Assembly (NCBI RefSeq): GCF_964204645.1 | Contig: NC_134025.1 | Coordinates: 14,880,001 to 14,944,000, forward strand | Source: Tubulanus polymorphus | Lineage: Eukaryota > Animalia > Nemertea | Direction: 5' to 3' | DNA length: 64,000 bases | Shown: positions 27,234 to 41,450 of the stretch, one piece after another | Layout of the letters: each line of letters starts with the position of its first letter | Position numbering within the stretch: position 1 is the stretch's first letter | The notes under the pieces: generated by a model | What the model saw: only the letters and a program-made list of their open reading frames with translations | What the model was told of the DNA's origin: nothing | Database searches by the model: none | Program-made: the position numbers and the translations under genes

Positions 27234-27380
27234 TGAGTGAGTGAGTGAGTGAGTGAGTGAGTGAGTGAGTGAGTGAGTGAGTGAGTGAGTGAGTGAGTGA
27301 GTGAGTGAGTGAGTATGTATGTATGTATGTATGTATGTATGTATGTATGTATGTATGTGTATCTATGTAGGCCTATGTAT
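26900..27380. repeat. Compound microsatellite (GT)n/(GAGT)n/(GTAT)n
   Basis: Directly visible. Confidence 0.97.
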
Positions 27381-28533
27381 GTTTGTATTTTGTTACTCTT
27401 TTTGTTACTCATCTAGTCTTAAAAATGTTTATAAATAGTGCAATAAAAATTTATTACTTTCTGTTACGCCTTTTAGGCCTACATTACATGTTAGGTAATC
27501 AGTTTGTTACATGTACCTTTTCGACAGCTGCTGCATTTCTAACGGTTTTCCTTTTATCTTGGTGAATTAGGATTACCATATCCACCATCTAGTAGGCTGT
27601 AGAAATTAAAATTGCTGGAAATTCCACTTGACTAAAAAAAATATTTATGGGATTCGAACCCAAATGGTGTCTTGTCCCTAGATGTTTCTGATCTAACCAG
27701 CTGTTACTAAATGCTGCCACCCCTGTAGAAGCAATTAGTATAACCCAAATACGTTCTAGCCTAGGCCAAATTCGGTTTTCGTAGCTAGTCGACTAGTGGT
27801 CGGAACTAATAACCGAATGCGCTTGATTTTCGAACTATTTCCGGAATATAGTTCCGACTAACGGACATTCGGTTTCGTTTAGTTCAACTATAGTCTACTA
27901 ACTCAGAAAACCGAAGGTGGCCCTAGTTTCATAGAACGCATACACAAAAATAACGAATATATGCATTTCCGAATTTATGTTGACTATTTCCGAAATTACG
28001 TAACCCGGGCTTCCGAAATTATGTTGTCTCTATAAATGTCTCATACTGGTAAGTTATTTTAATGGATATATTTCAAATCGATTCTGGAGTAATATTTGGA
28101 TGCAGAAATATCAGGCTGTAAAAATATCCACCTTCCAACGGCATTTGTTCATGTCGAAAATCATCCGTCAAAACAGCGCATCCGAAAATACCTTCCGAAA
28201 TTACGTGGAGTTACCCTATTAGATATTCCTAGATTAACTTAGGGCAAACATAAACTATTGATAACTAGTTATTCTTTCCCCTTTCTACATCATAACTTTT
28301 GATCAAACATCGATATTTTCATTATTTACCATTTTTCGGCTGGTTTCCATGGAAACCATAGGCATTTGGAATCAGATAAAAATTTTGGGTCTTTCAACTG
28401 TCACCTGAAAGTGCTATGAGTGTATTGCTCTTTAAATTTCTAGTCTATCTCTTTTAGTTTAAGAGATATTGAAGTTTGTTTACATGAAATATTGCCTTCT
28501 TCGATCACAGTTTTTGTGTATTGACACATGAAG

Positions 28534-29456
28534 CAGGCCTCGAATTTGGGAAAATCAGACCTGGAGCAAGAGCATTTTACCAAAGACCATCAGCATTTTA
28601 GAATCCCAATTTGCCTCCGTAAATTGAAAAACCCACGGCAAAAAATGCTAAGGGGTAGAATAAAAGAGTTACAAACTAAAAACTAATTAAAGTCATGCTA
28701 GGGGTACTTATATAATACAATGTCAGTTATTGATTAAATAGAAAGAGTGAGAGAATCCAGAACAACATAGATACTTATTTTATTTAGATGTGATACAAAT
28801 TAGGGGTAGGCCTAGTAATAAATCATAAAATTAATAAAAGATAAAACCATTCCAAACTAAATTTAAAGGGGATAATGCAATACTGAATTTAAGCCGATGG
28901 CAGTTTTTAGCCATAAGATACATAAGCTAGATCTAATGAAACTCGCCCAATTACCCTTTGTCAGATAATTTAATTCACTGATTTGTCTATTCGGTTTGTC
29001 TTAATTGAGGATGTAAGAGGCTGAAAAACACTAAGCACAATAGTCGCCAAGCTGATGTGTTTATTCATTGCTGTGACTATTCTATGCATGCGATTATTGA
29101 AACCTGTATAGACAGACACACGCGCTGCTCACTGCTGATGCCACCGTATTTCTTATAGATGTATGCTGGGCATTGTTTATCAGTAAATCTGGATGGAGCT
29201 CTGACTGAAGTTAGATAAATAGGTCAAGTGGCAGCCTAATATATATTTTATAATGCAGCGTCAAGAACTGCTGGTGATTGACGGCTGACCTATATTGTGA
29301 ACCAGGTGTGCCCGGGTTATTTATATCACCTACTGCAATAATAGAAATAAATTCACCGACGGCATTTCATTGCCGCTGGTAAGGAGACCAACCGGCAGCA
29401 GTGGTTGTGTAGCCAGTGGCAAATGCCGCAGCTGCCACCGTTAATTTCGAGGCCTG
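28534..29456. mobile_element. hAT-like MITE
   Basis: CAGGCCTCGAA..TTCGAGGCCTG termini. The flanks share only TGAAG, which is shorter than the canonical 8-bp TSD. Confidence 0.55.
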
Positions 29457-29635
29457 TGAAGACACTTTTCGCTCAAATTTTCAAACTTCAATTTGCGATA
29501 TCTCGAAAACTACTGAAGATAATTCAAATATTTAAAAAGCATATTGTTATTTGAGCCCTCCCCATTCCAACAAGCTTTCTTTCAGTAAGATTGGAGCTAT
29601 TTGAATTTTTTATGGATATAGCTAAATAAGCAGAC

Positions 29636-29900
29636 CGACGTAGACATTGTCGCATCTCGATGATGCAGAAAATCCTGAATCAGGAGACAGCGATCCCTAA
29701 AGACCGCTACATAACGACAGGACTAATGAAAACCAGAAGGCGGAACGACTTCAAACTTTCGCAGTTTAGGACGTCAACCGAGGAGTAGGCCTACCGCAAC
29801 TCCTTTTCCCCAAGAACAGTTGTTGAGTGGAACGCTAGCAGCCAGGAGACGATCAAAGAAATGTGCTCCGCTGCCTCAGTAGCATCACCTAGTCGCGCCA
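29636..29900 (+). pseudogene. CR1/L2-type LINE ORF2 C-terminal tail
   Basis: (Y)RNSFSPRTVVEWN matches the conserved LINE tail motif SFFPRT..EWN. Confidence 0.65.
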
Positions 29901-29930
29901 CCCGCCCCTGCATGCATCATCTATAGGCTA

Positions 29931-30803
29931 CACAGGGACTTGTCACAATTGATAGTGATGGGTGAGCTCACAAGCTCAAAATCGAACAAATATACGAAAA
30001 AGTCACCTCGCACTATCGCGCTGACGGCCATTAATCACGTGACGTGCATAGGTTCGGGCTATGTTAATAGAACCGCGACAAGTCTACGTCTGTAGACTTG
30101 AAAAAAGGAAATATTTACTAATAATACCACCCCTCAGACGAATGTTGCACTATATTTTCATAATACGGATATTTTATCAATTAACAGAACTTTTAATAAA
30201 TTTTGTAATGTTTTTCGAAATCTCTAAGCCAATCAGTGCGCGTGAAATATTTAGCCCGTTACTACGATATCACGTGATTAATGGCCGCCCAGTTGATGAC
30301 AAGTTGAACGCCGTGTTCGTCCTCATTTTCGATTTTGAGCTTGTGAGCTCACCCATCGCGTGGATTATACAAATAAATGAGATAAGCGTACAGGTATGAC
30401 CGCGTAGTTTTAAAAAATGTATGGTTTGTTGGGGTTTTCTCTAAGATCTCACATAGAAATCATCGTTTGAAGTGAAAAAAACGACCATTTTGCTGTCCAC
30501 CATAGAATCGGTAGACCTCCATTTTGAGCTATCTCTCGTCAAAAAAAGGTGATTTCGTTGTGAGATAATTGTCCTAGAGTGGTGGTTGAAGGCTCGTTCG
30601 AAGCAGAAAGTCTTCTAGGTTGTATTAAAGCTTATTTCATGTGAATCGGTTGAGAATTTTTGGAATTACAGTCGATTGAAGTGGAGAAGTCATTGTCAGA
30701 TTGAAAATTTGTTGCCACCCTTGTTATTTTATTATACAGTAGCAGGGATACTGGTACCCCCATCATTGGTCTCATCCATTATCAATCGTGACAAGTCCCT
30801 GTG
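29931..30803. mobile_element. MITE with CACAG termini and an 8-bp flanking duplication, containing a nested inverted-repeat element (~29957-30357)
   Basis: CACAGGGACTTGTCAC..GTGACAAGTCCCTGTG, with CATCTATA at 29918-29925 and 30804-30811. The inner element reads GATGGGTGAGCTCACAAGCTCAAAATCGAA / reverse complement. Confidence 0.7.
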
Positions 30804-30859
30804 CATCTATACGCGCGCACGCGGACCGAAGCAGTAACCAATGTAGATGAAGATGTACT

Positions 30860-31647
30860 CACAGGGGTTTGGCGATGGGCTTGGATTTTATTTCCGGGTT
30901 GTTGATAATCTCGCGAGAATGGCGCTAAATATGAATTGCGAATAAATTCAAAATATCACGGAAATACCTTGTGTTTATATTGTTTATTTATCCGCTATAA
31001 AGTTTCGATAAACAATTGGTCGTTAAGAATCATTATCAGACGGTCGTCACGCTACTATATAAAAGAACAAGGGATGAAACGCCTTCAGAGTTGTGCCAGC
31101 CAGAAAGTTGGGACAGTCACGTGACTTCACGCTTCTTATTTGACTGAACGCGAACCTGAAGCATATAAGATGGAAACTATGATACGAAAAATATTTGAGA
31201 ATAACTTACATTCAAATGCATTTTTTTACTATGAATTATATATTTCGTCATAATTTATTCCTTATAAGTTATTTATTTCATATGAATCATAATCTAACAA
31301 TTGATATCGGTCTGTGAATATGTTAACTTTTCGTGTTGAAGTTTTAAATGCGATGACGTCATCAGAATGTCACGTGACTGTCCCAACTTTCTGGCTGAAA
31401 ATTTAAGTACAGCGGAGGCCTGGCGTTTCATCCCTTGTGATTTTATATAGTAAAGCGTGACGACCGTCTGATAATGATTCTTAACGACCAATTGTTTATC
31501 AGAACTTTATAGCGGATAAATAAACAATATAAACACAAGGTATTTCCGTGATATTTTGAATTTATTCGCAGTTCATATTTAGCGCCATTCTCGCGAGATT
31601 ATCAACAACCCGGAAATAAAATCAAAGCCCATCGCCAAACCCCTGTG
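30860..31647. mobile_element. Fold-back MITE with ~265-bp TIRs and CACAG termini
   Basis: 30860-31125 is a near-perfect reverse complement of ~31370-31647. GATGTACT lies at 30852-30859 and 31652-31659. Confidence 0.85.
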
Positions 31648-32599
31648 GATGGATGTACTAGGCCTACCAAAAATGAGCGAGCTAGGCCACCCCGACCCGG
31701 AATGCTCTCAAGTCAGGTTGAAATAGACATTAACCATAAATTCCTTGAAACTAAATGGGGTGGTCATACCTTTCCAGTTGTTTCATGTAGGCCTATGTAT
31801 ATAATCCAAGCAGTAACAGGGCTTACTAAATTAAAGTTAGCTCGAAATACTAAATTGTGGAAACTCAAATCAAAGTCAAATTTAAAATAACTTTATTGGT
31901 CACATCACACTAATAGACTGGTTACCGGTCTCTATCTGCAATACGGGATATCGACAAATTCAAGTTCTTGAATTACTCGTTTGATGGCACTAGTCAGAAC
32001 CGGAAATTGGAACCTACATCCGCCATGTTTTAGTTCATTTGCAATAAAAATCTCTCGCTTCAAGTTTTTAGTTAGCGATATTTTACTTACTTTACAACGG
32101 CATGCATAATCCTTTGAGTATGATATCCTGACAATGTGTTGAATTCGATAAAAACCCACTTCGAACGATAATGATTACTAGAAATTTAAAAAAAAACTAC
32201 CAAAAATAACAAATTTAGCGATGACGCTCGAAGCAGCTAACGGAAAATGCATTATGAGAATGCCGGTTTGCTAGCGTGTCTATTTAACACCCGTATTGCT
32301 CGGGTGACTTTACTACCAACGGGTGGCGCTGTGTGTAAATTTCACATAAATCAACGACTTTCGGCTATTAGCGGTACTTAAGACCACTTGAAAACATCAT
32401 AGTCAAGTACGGTAGTAGTGAAAATAAAAAGTTACAGTTCGGTGTACAGCACCATAGCACCCATATAATACCACATACATTTTATTCAAACTAAGGACTT
32501 AGTTAACACTGATCTTCATTTCCATTAATTAATGATCTGTTGAATTAATTAGTAATTCAGTCTTTCGGTGGTTCGAGATAAAATGCCCACAAAATAAGA

Positions 32600-33240
32600 A
32601 CCAACGAACCAGGGCTGACCACAAATTGCCCAACAGATAAATTTTCGGAAACGACACAATCATGTTTAGTATCAAATAACTCGTGGCGTGGACCTTGGTC
32701 TATCAACTGACCAATGCATGACCAGTACTGGCTATATCGTAAATTATCTGTTTTGCAAACAATTAAGTTGTTTGGTGTCAAATAACTAGATATAATGTGG
32801 ATATTAAACTAAAAATTGTTTAACTGACCAATGCTTGACCAGTACTGACCAGTTACCACTAACTAGAACCCACCATAAGTAATTTATATGTTTAGTAAAG
32901 CAATAAAATCGTGTTTGGGCGTCGAGCTACTAGATACGGTGCGGGCTATGATCTAACAACTATTTAACTGACCAATATTTTACCAATACTGACCTTAAAG
33001 TAATTTGTTTATTCTAGAAGCAACACAGTCGTGTTTGGTGTCAAATAATTAGAAATGGTGTGGGCTTTCATCTAACAACTATTCAAGTGACCAAATCTTG
33101 ACCAATACTGACCACATAGGCCTAGCTATATTTATCTGTTTCGGACACAACTTAGTCGTGTCTCGTATCAAATAATTTCATTCGGTCTGAACGTAAATAT
33201 AACAACTCTTTTACCTGTACAAGCTACACCAGTACTGTCT
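32600..33240. repeat. Diverged tandem repeat with a TGACCAAT..TGACCA.TACTGACC core
   Basis: The core recurs near 32708, 32825, 32969 and 33088. Confidence 0.6.
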
Positions 33241-36200
33241 AATTACCGGTTAAATGTTTTTAGAAATAACACGGGGTATTGCCTGAATCCTTCGTCAGTA
33301 CTACTCTTATTAAATGTGTCGTTTTAAAAGTCTTGTCCAATTTTTATTGTAGGAAGCGAGCTAACTTTGAAAATTCCCACTAAATGCAAATGATTTTCAC
33401 ATCGGGTTTTGAACGAACAACGTTTCGATTTGTAATTGTAACGTGCGCATTTGAGCCTGTAACGTGCACATTTCACTAGTGTGAACGTGCGTATCGGTAC
33501 CATTATGCGAAACTTGTCAAACTTTTGCGTTCAAGACGTTTAAACTGAACACTAAAGGAGATATTATATCATATCATATCATATCATATCATATCATATA
33601 TATGAATAATGAATAGATGGAAGATAACGTAGTAGTAGTAGTTTTGAATGTTTCGTAACTGCTGACCACTGACCGCAGATCATCAAAGTTAATCGCCTCA
33701 TATGAAATATATATATTCGTTATAAGGGATGTAGTAGTTCAGTGAGAATTCAAACTTATGGGTAATTTTAAGTGATCACAACGCTGACCAATAGAGAAAG
33801 CTGTATCACAACAAAAGTGCGACTTACGTATCTTATCGAAACATTGTAAAATACCAGAGAGTAAATGGGAGAACCCTGAATTTGAAACAATTCCACACTC
33901 GGATCGTTTACTTTGAAAACACAATTTGCAATTTGTGGACATCCATTATTTCTGCACCAAAAGCATGAAGTATATCATCTTTGCTCGTAAAGGAAGATTT
34001 TTGGCCTCGTTAACCTGTGAACACGTCCTTCATATATTTTCTAAGACCGATCTTGATATAATGCTGAGAGTTTAGAGAAAATTATGGTAGGATGTAAACT
34101 TAGGCCGCTTCGTATCCGTGGAAGGTTGCTCATTATTGATCTTATACACAATAATCATAAGTACGTAACATGAGACTCCATAGAATATCGTTTTTCAATC
34201 ATACGTACACAAATTATTGCGATATAAAGATAAATAGTACTTTAATATACTTTTTACTTCTTACACTGAATATTTCTTTAGTAGTATCAATAAAGAGTGG
34301 ATCAGCAGGCTACCTGAGCCCATTCCACGATTTAAGGTCAGTTGCCAAAAGTTAGTAAGTTTACATACCAGTGGATAGTTAACATTTAAAATGACAATTA
34401 AAACTTCATTGCTAAAAATAACTTTGTATTTGTAGAATAGTCACACTCAAATGCGGAGAATTGATAATACCATAATACGATACGAAAATTCACTGTGTAC
34501 AAATTCAAAAAGATGATCTCTAGTGAACGATCGAACGTTGTGTCGTAATTTTCTAATGATAAAACTTGGTTTGAGATTTGAAATGTGTACATAGTGGATC
34601 TTTTTCATATTGATACACCGGTCACAATCCTCTCCTTAATCGTTGAATATAAAAACGTAAAGATCGGTCCCTGGCGAGAGAACGTGTCCGTGCAAAAACC
34701 CAAATAATTAAACATCTTTCCAACCCTCCTGTCAAGACGCGCTTTGATTTACTCACTCCTTGCTTATCATTGTTGAGAGAGCAGCTATTCTCTACGAGTT
34801 ACCAACAGACATGTACACCAACAGAAACCTTAGAGAGCTAGTATTGATATTTGCCACAATTAAACTTCCATAAACTTAAGCGATTATAAAGGTCTTGTCC
34901 TTAATTAACATCCAGGATACTTAATTTAGATATATTTTCAAAACTTAGTTTTCACCTAGATTATGGAACAAACTCATCGTTTCTTTTTCCAATTATCAAT
35001 AGTAAACTTTTGATTCAGAAATACAATGTAATTAATTATCAAATCTAAAATCATTCTATACTTATTATACCAATTTTCATTTATAATTTAACTAATTCTA
35101 TTATAATACAGGATAAAGCAAAACAACAATGTCTTCCTATACTTCCGGTTGTTCCTTTTATAGAAAGTAGTCGGGAGTATCAAGAAGTAACAGCGAGATC
35201 CCTGCACAAACCACATTATCAAAGCACCTCATTGTTCCGACCCAACCAATTACAGTTCCGTCTATTCTTAAGTTTAAAAATAACTCTGAATGTTTGCCAG
35301 ATATCGCAGCACAAGAACCGAGAAAGAATTATTTTTGCACCTGGCTGATTTATTGTCAGCGCTGATAGATCAAAGCATCAAACAACAACTTGCGCAATTT
35401 TATACTACATCGTTTGTTGTCTGATACCCATAAAGAAACCACCAACGCAAACAAAAACCAACATTACAAACATTTTTTAGTTACTACGGAATCTTGCTGC
35501 GGATCAATATTAACAGTGTATTTGGTCATGTAGCCTATCATATTGTATAATGGTTAATTTAAACTAACTGGTTTTAGAGTTGTATCCTTAAATCCTGTAA
35601 TAGAGGATGCAATATTTTTGCGGCAAACAGTACAAATAGCTAGAAAAAGCAACGATAGTGCATTGGTAAACTTAAAGCAAGCGTACATTGGTTGTTTAGG
35701 TTTTTCGTTGGGAAAATTAATGTTTAATCATTATTGAAATATCCGAGGCGAGCTTTTCCAGGAATTTACGAAGTTGAGCTTTACACAAGGAATTATTTAG
35801 TCCGATATCCGTGATTACCTCTGGTGTGGAGAGATACAATCTAAAACCAACCGTAGAGTCAAATATTTTACTACAATTTTTCACGATCAATAAAAAGTTT
35901 GAGTTATAGACATTCCACTCCATTTTAAACTCATTCATCTTAACACAAACTCCAACTTGTTGAACAGTTCAAAATCACGTGGCTTGAATTATTTCGATAA
36001 CTAAAATTAGGGACCACGATACTTGCTCATCTACACTGGCTACCAATTTAACAGAGGATGGAATTTGAGTGTTTGATGTTGTAACAATTCCATACTGAAT
36101 TATGGATTCAGTTTCTACTTTTTGATTGAACATTTATATCACATATTGGGCATCATTTTTACCAGTATATATGGAATAACCTATCCATATATCATGTTCA

Positions 36201-38119
36201 ATTTTATATAATCTGACTTATGATATTCAATCCATGCATTCATGTGCGGTCGTCGCTTTCAATAGCTACCACGGACTGGCTCCTTATTATCTCCTTGGCG
36301 ATATCTTTGGTGGACGATCCCACACGTTTCTTGCTCCAGCCCTAGAATGCTCAATATTCGCCATGAACCCCGATTTGAATTTAAATTCAAAAGTTGTATT
36401 CATCATTCGAACCCACGAATCTCGTATCCTATGAATGTGGAGACCCATCCTCGTAAGAGAATGAATATATAGGCTCTGTTGCGTTCATATCATTTGATAT
36501 GAGGCTACGTGTCATCTTTAATAGAAATCATGTGATTTCAATTAAAGATGACACGATGCCTTATATCATTACGTTATGTTTTTGTTAACGGGTGGGCGAG
36601 ATTATATCCTTATGTTTTTGTTTCTCTGAATGTTGCTATTTAAGAGTTCAATCATTTCAGTCTACCAAACAAAGGATTTTTCTGTATGTTTCGTGACCTG
36701 TTTTTCCATAACCCTAGGACTGCATTTTAGGTTTTTTCGCGGATGACCGAAAGCTGCTGTCCCTTTCTAGTAATTTGATGATATCTGTCGAAATTTAAAT
36801 ATTAAAAAGGAATCAGGCATATCTCCTTGTTTGACTTGGTATGAACTCAACAACAAGTGACACTCCCTTCAAAGGCGCCGAAGTAAAATCATGTCTCGAG
36901 TGGAGATGATATTGTGTCAGAATTTCTTCAAAATCGGAGAAAATTGAATATTTTGAAAATAATCATTTTACATGTTTGTTTAAATCCGTTATAACTGGAG
37001 CAATTTTCATAAAAACATATCTATGGAATCAGCGAAATGTAATTAAGAAGAATACTATGTTTAAGATGTTATCAAAGACATTTGACATTTGAGTTTTCTG
37101 AATTCGTCAACTGTGAAACTAGTGTCAACCAGATGTGTTCCTATTAAACAACCGACCGCGAGCCGAGTCGATGTGAGATGTATAGCCTACACTGAAAATC
37201 TCAAACGCTACCACCGGTTTTAAGGTGCCTCTGAATGTCGGCCGTTAAAAAACTGAACAATCGCCATTTGGAAAGGGCCTAGTTAGAGAAAATGCTAGAT
37301 CTGTACATCGTGTGATACAGGCTCCATATTTCATGTGCGTTTGGAATTTAACCTTGTTTATAACGTAACACACATGTTTTTTTCTATTTTAGATTTAAAA
37401 AGAGCGCGTGATAGTGCAATAAAGAACTGACAATGAAAAAGGGGTAACAGGTGACTGATATCACACCGAATTTCAATTCCTATGAACACTTTTCATATAG
37501 TGAATTCTATACAAGAGTAAAAAAAAACTTGAAATATTAACGAAACAGTTTTTTGGCGGAAAAATCGTTACCATCGAATTTTCAAAACTTTTTTAATGCC
37601 TCGGTGACCACTGGTCTAGTACGCAGTTTTCTGAAACAAAAGTGGCCAAGTCTCAAGAACAACTATTGTAACAAATGATTAATGTTAGGAGCCCAATGCG
37701 TTTAATGATTTAATTAATTGGTATCGCACTGATTGGATGAAGGACGGGTGTTAGTCATCTTGTGATTTAATTGTTTTTTAAGCATCGATTAACCATAGAT
37801 TTAATCTTATCATAATTTATTTGTAGGCGCTTCTCGCAAACATTTTCTATTCGTTGAGTTTTCAAACGCAGTACTGTTCAGATGATTCGAGTCAAGCTTA
37901 GAGTCAAGTAGTAAAACAGTTTATGTATTAGCATTACTATGTAGTGAAAATAACGCACTGCGGCAAGTGAGGTGCTGTGATCCAGATGTGTAACCTATTT
38001 ATGGGTAATATATTTCCATCATGTCAACGCCATTCACAAACAGTAGCAAAACATACTGCTGGTCTCTAGAAATGGCAATACGACGACAAGCACTTTCGAA
38101 TTCGACCACGATATTCGAG

Positions 38120-38760
38120 AAGTTTCTCTTGGGCAGTGGTGGTCAGTGATGGTCAATTTATGAATTATAATGGCGAATCCTTTCTTGTTTCACACCAAAT
38201 GTGGTGCCGGTATATCGTTCTTACATTCGAGAAGTCTAAATTGGTCACTGGTGGTCAGAGATGGTCAATTTATGAATTTTGATGGCGAATCCTTCCTAGC
38301 TTCACACCAAACGCGGTACCGATATCGTTCTCACATTCGAGAAGTTTTAATTGGTCAGTGGTGGTCAGTTAGGGTCAGTTTATGAATTTTCAATGGCGAA
38401 TCCTTTCTAGTTTGACTCCGTAACGCGGTATATCTTTCTCATATTCGAGAAGGATGAATTGGTTAGTGGTGGGCGGTATATCTTTCACATATTCGAGAAG
38501 CATGAATTGGCCAGTGGTGGTCAGTGATGGTCAAATTATGAATTCTCAATATTTATGGCGAATCCTTTCTAGTTTGACACCATAACACGGTATATCGTTT
38601 TCATATTCGAGAAGTTTGAATTGGTCAGTGCACGTCAGTGATGGTCAGTTTTTGAATTTGCAATGACGATTCCTCAATAGTTTGAAAACAAACATGACTT
38701 GAAAAATTCAAGTCAAGTGTTCAGACTCGGGGATATCTCAATTGGTCAGTTTCTGACCAT
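38120..38760. repeat. Diverged tandem repeat (ATTCGAGAAG..AATTGGTCAGTGGTGGTCAG..ATGGCGAATCC)
   Basis: About six copies with a ~110-bp spacing. Confidence 0.75.
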
Positions 38761-38884
38761 CATGGTGTCACCATTGCCTGTGGTCTATAGCGCAAATGAA
38801 AAATGTGGAACCGACGAAGGGGCCCAAAAGCGTAAGTCATTTCCTGAGTTATGTGATCCAAAAAATGTCCTAACTGGAAGAGGC

Positions 38885-39960
38885 AGTCAGTAATAGGGAA
38901 TAAGTTGTTTTGGATCAAAGGTCGAGAGGTCGTGTTCATAAAAAATGAAAAATAAATTCTCGCACGCTCGAATTTATTTTTCATTTTTTATGAACTCACC
39001 CTCTCAACCTTTAATCTGAAACAACTTCCCTATTACTTTTAAAATATTCATATATATGGATATGAATAACCTCTAAAATCAATTTTAATAAAAAATTTGA
39101 TATTAAAATGGAAGCAAATAAGAAATACTACTGTCGAGCATAATAATCTAGAAAAATAAGATCAAATATAGATTTCGAATGATCAAAAATCAATTTTTAA
39201 CATAAAAAGTGTGAGTAAAGTGTGAGTGAAATAATTCATATTTAATTATCAAAAATCAATTTTTAACATAAAAAGTGTGAGTGAAATAATTCATATTTAA
39301 ATCATTGAATATTTATATCTATATGCGTTAAATTCTTATTTTCAATATAAAAAGTAACGAGTGACTAACGAGTTGAAGAAAATATCAATTTTAATAAAAA
39401 ATGACTAATCATTGAATGAACAGATACTACAATTCAAAGATATCGATTTAAATGAATTAGAAAAATATTTTACAATTAAAAATTTCATTCCTATTAAAGA
39501 TTTGATTAAAACTGCACGTTTCCGTTTTCAGGTGAAAAATATTACTGAATTAATATTTAAAAATCATTATCTAATAATAGAGTTATCGAATGATAAAGAT
39601 TAAATCTTATTCAATAAAATAATTCCAAAATTCACAACGTTTGATGAAATAGATCAACATTTAATAATTACAGATGAAATGCAATCACTTTTTAATAATG
39701 AAAATTCACATAAACATTATTTCTAAACTTACGTTATTGTCCTTTCAGAGAATGCTATGTAATGTTTTTCAGAGTAGAAGAAAAAAGATTTACCCCTGAC
39801 ATTCCAAATGAAAAATCATTCAAAGATGTTGGAATTCAATGTAACTTAGACAATAAAATCGAAACACCTAAATATGAACCTAATGAAAAAGCGTTATGTA
39901 ATTGTGGAAAATACCAATAAGTAACAAGAAAATATGAATAAGGAACAAGTTACTTGTTCC
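38885..39960 (+). mobile_element. Rearranged terminal fragment of the Maverick-like element (hairpin terminus plus AT-rich remnants)
   Basis: Hairpin at 38889-39037. The following sequence matches 45400-45445 and 45807-45865 (ATTTGATATTAAAATGGAAGCAAATAAGAA). Confidence 0.75.
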
Positions 39961-40638
39961 TTATTCATATTTCAAACACACGCCCATACTATGGTCAAAG
40001 CTCGTTATAACGCTATATCGTGCTCTACCACAAGAAAGTTACATTGTAACAGTCTAAACACTTACACAGACAATATTGTAGCGTATTTTTGATTTATCTG
40101 TTGCCGGCATATCGGGCTACGACTTACGCGAGGTATTTTGAATGAAATCAGAAGATTTGGAATTAATAATTGATACGACTTACGTGAAAATACGACTTAT
40201 AAAGTACGAGTTATAAGCATTGTTTTATAAGGTTTAAAGAAAAAAATCGGGACCAAAATAATTATACGAGAGATGTGATGATACGACTAATTCGATGACG
40301 ACTTATGCGGGGTTGACTGTAGCAGAAAGGAAAGGCAAGCGCTTCACGCGACACCGAGCTCGTAACCGCGATAGGATTATCCCGTTCTTGGACACGGGCC
40401 GACATATCTGAACCTGTCTGAACCTGTCGTTTCGTACTTAAGCATTTCTTAATTTCGTTTTGCATTTCGTAATTTCGTTTCATATTTCGTAATTTCGTTG
40501 CATATTTCTTAATTTCGTAGTTTCGTACTTTAGAAGTACCCGAAAAACCAACGATTAAAAAAGGACGTAGCGGAAAATAGTGAAGCGAAAGAGGTTACCC
40601 TAGCACAGCAACGAGCGGATCATGAAGCGTTACTGGAT

Positions 40639-41450
40639 TTGCAGTGGAGATCTATGCGCGAAAACGCGATCTTCTACTCGATCAAAGAAGAGGAAAATGA
40701 GGACTGCAATGACAAGATACAGAAGTTTATAGAAAATGATTTAGGAATTGCGGACTTCAAACCGGTACTCGATCGAGTACACAGATTAGGAGGACATAAA
40801 CGCGGAAAAACTAGACCGATAGTAGCAAAATTCCATAAATACACCGACAAGGAAAGAGTACTTAGCGCAGGTCGTAATCTGACAGGAACCCTGTTTGGAA
40901 TGTCCGAACAAATTCCAAAAGAATGGCAGGATCGGAGGAAATGGCGAATGAGTTAATATCGGGATGCGAAAAAGAATGGTCATAATGTTAAATTCGTTAG
41001 AGATAAACTAATCGTTAACGGTAAAGAAGTGTTTCCTCGTGGGCCAACCCACGCACCGCGCCCGACGCACCGCGAATAGGATGTTGCCGAGACCAACATA
41101 CGGATTGCGGCATTAAATGTTTTTGGATTGTTTAACAAAATGAAATCACCTGACGTAGGTGAATGCACTAGACAATTTGACTTTGTTTTTTGGAAACTAA
41201 ACTTGATGCGTGCTACTCGGAATTAGTTAAAGAACAACTACCTAGCGGATACAGTGCTATTTTTGAGAACAGACATAATCTAGCCGTTAGGAAATCTGGC
41301 GGAATGGGGATAATATACCTAAGCCAATATAGTTAATATGTCAAAGAAATACAACCCGAAAATAAGGACATATTATGGATCCAAATTGATAAATTTGTGT
41401 TTAATACTGATAAAGACGTTCTCTTAGCTAATGTCCAACCAGAAGGCTCG
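40639..41450 (+). pseudogene. LINE ORF1 (L1-like RRM/CTD) and the start of the ORF2 AP endonuclease
   Basis: DRVHRLG..RPIVAKF..DKERVL..SEQIPKE. This is followed by IRIAALNVFGL, ETKL and RKSGG remnants. Confidence 0.75.

Larger units (their letters stand above)
23790..28216 (+). mobile_element. Intron-containing pogo/Tigger-like DNA transposon (copy 2, 5'-truncated)
   Basis: DDE_1-type exons, plus the right end ..TTACGTGGAGTTACCC|TA and TTCCGAA repeats at 27965-28025. Confidence 0.75.

Noticed and set aside
26975-27412. His/Thr-rich 145-aa ORF
   Set aside because: Microsatellite translation.
37393-38831. Possible small host exons (37393-37450, 38791-38831) with AG/GT boundaries
   Set aside because: Too short, with no recognisable protein. 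Transcript evidence would be needed.
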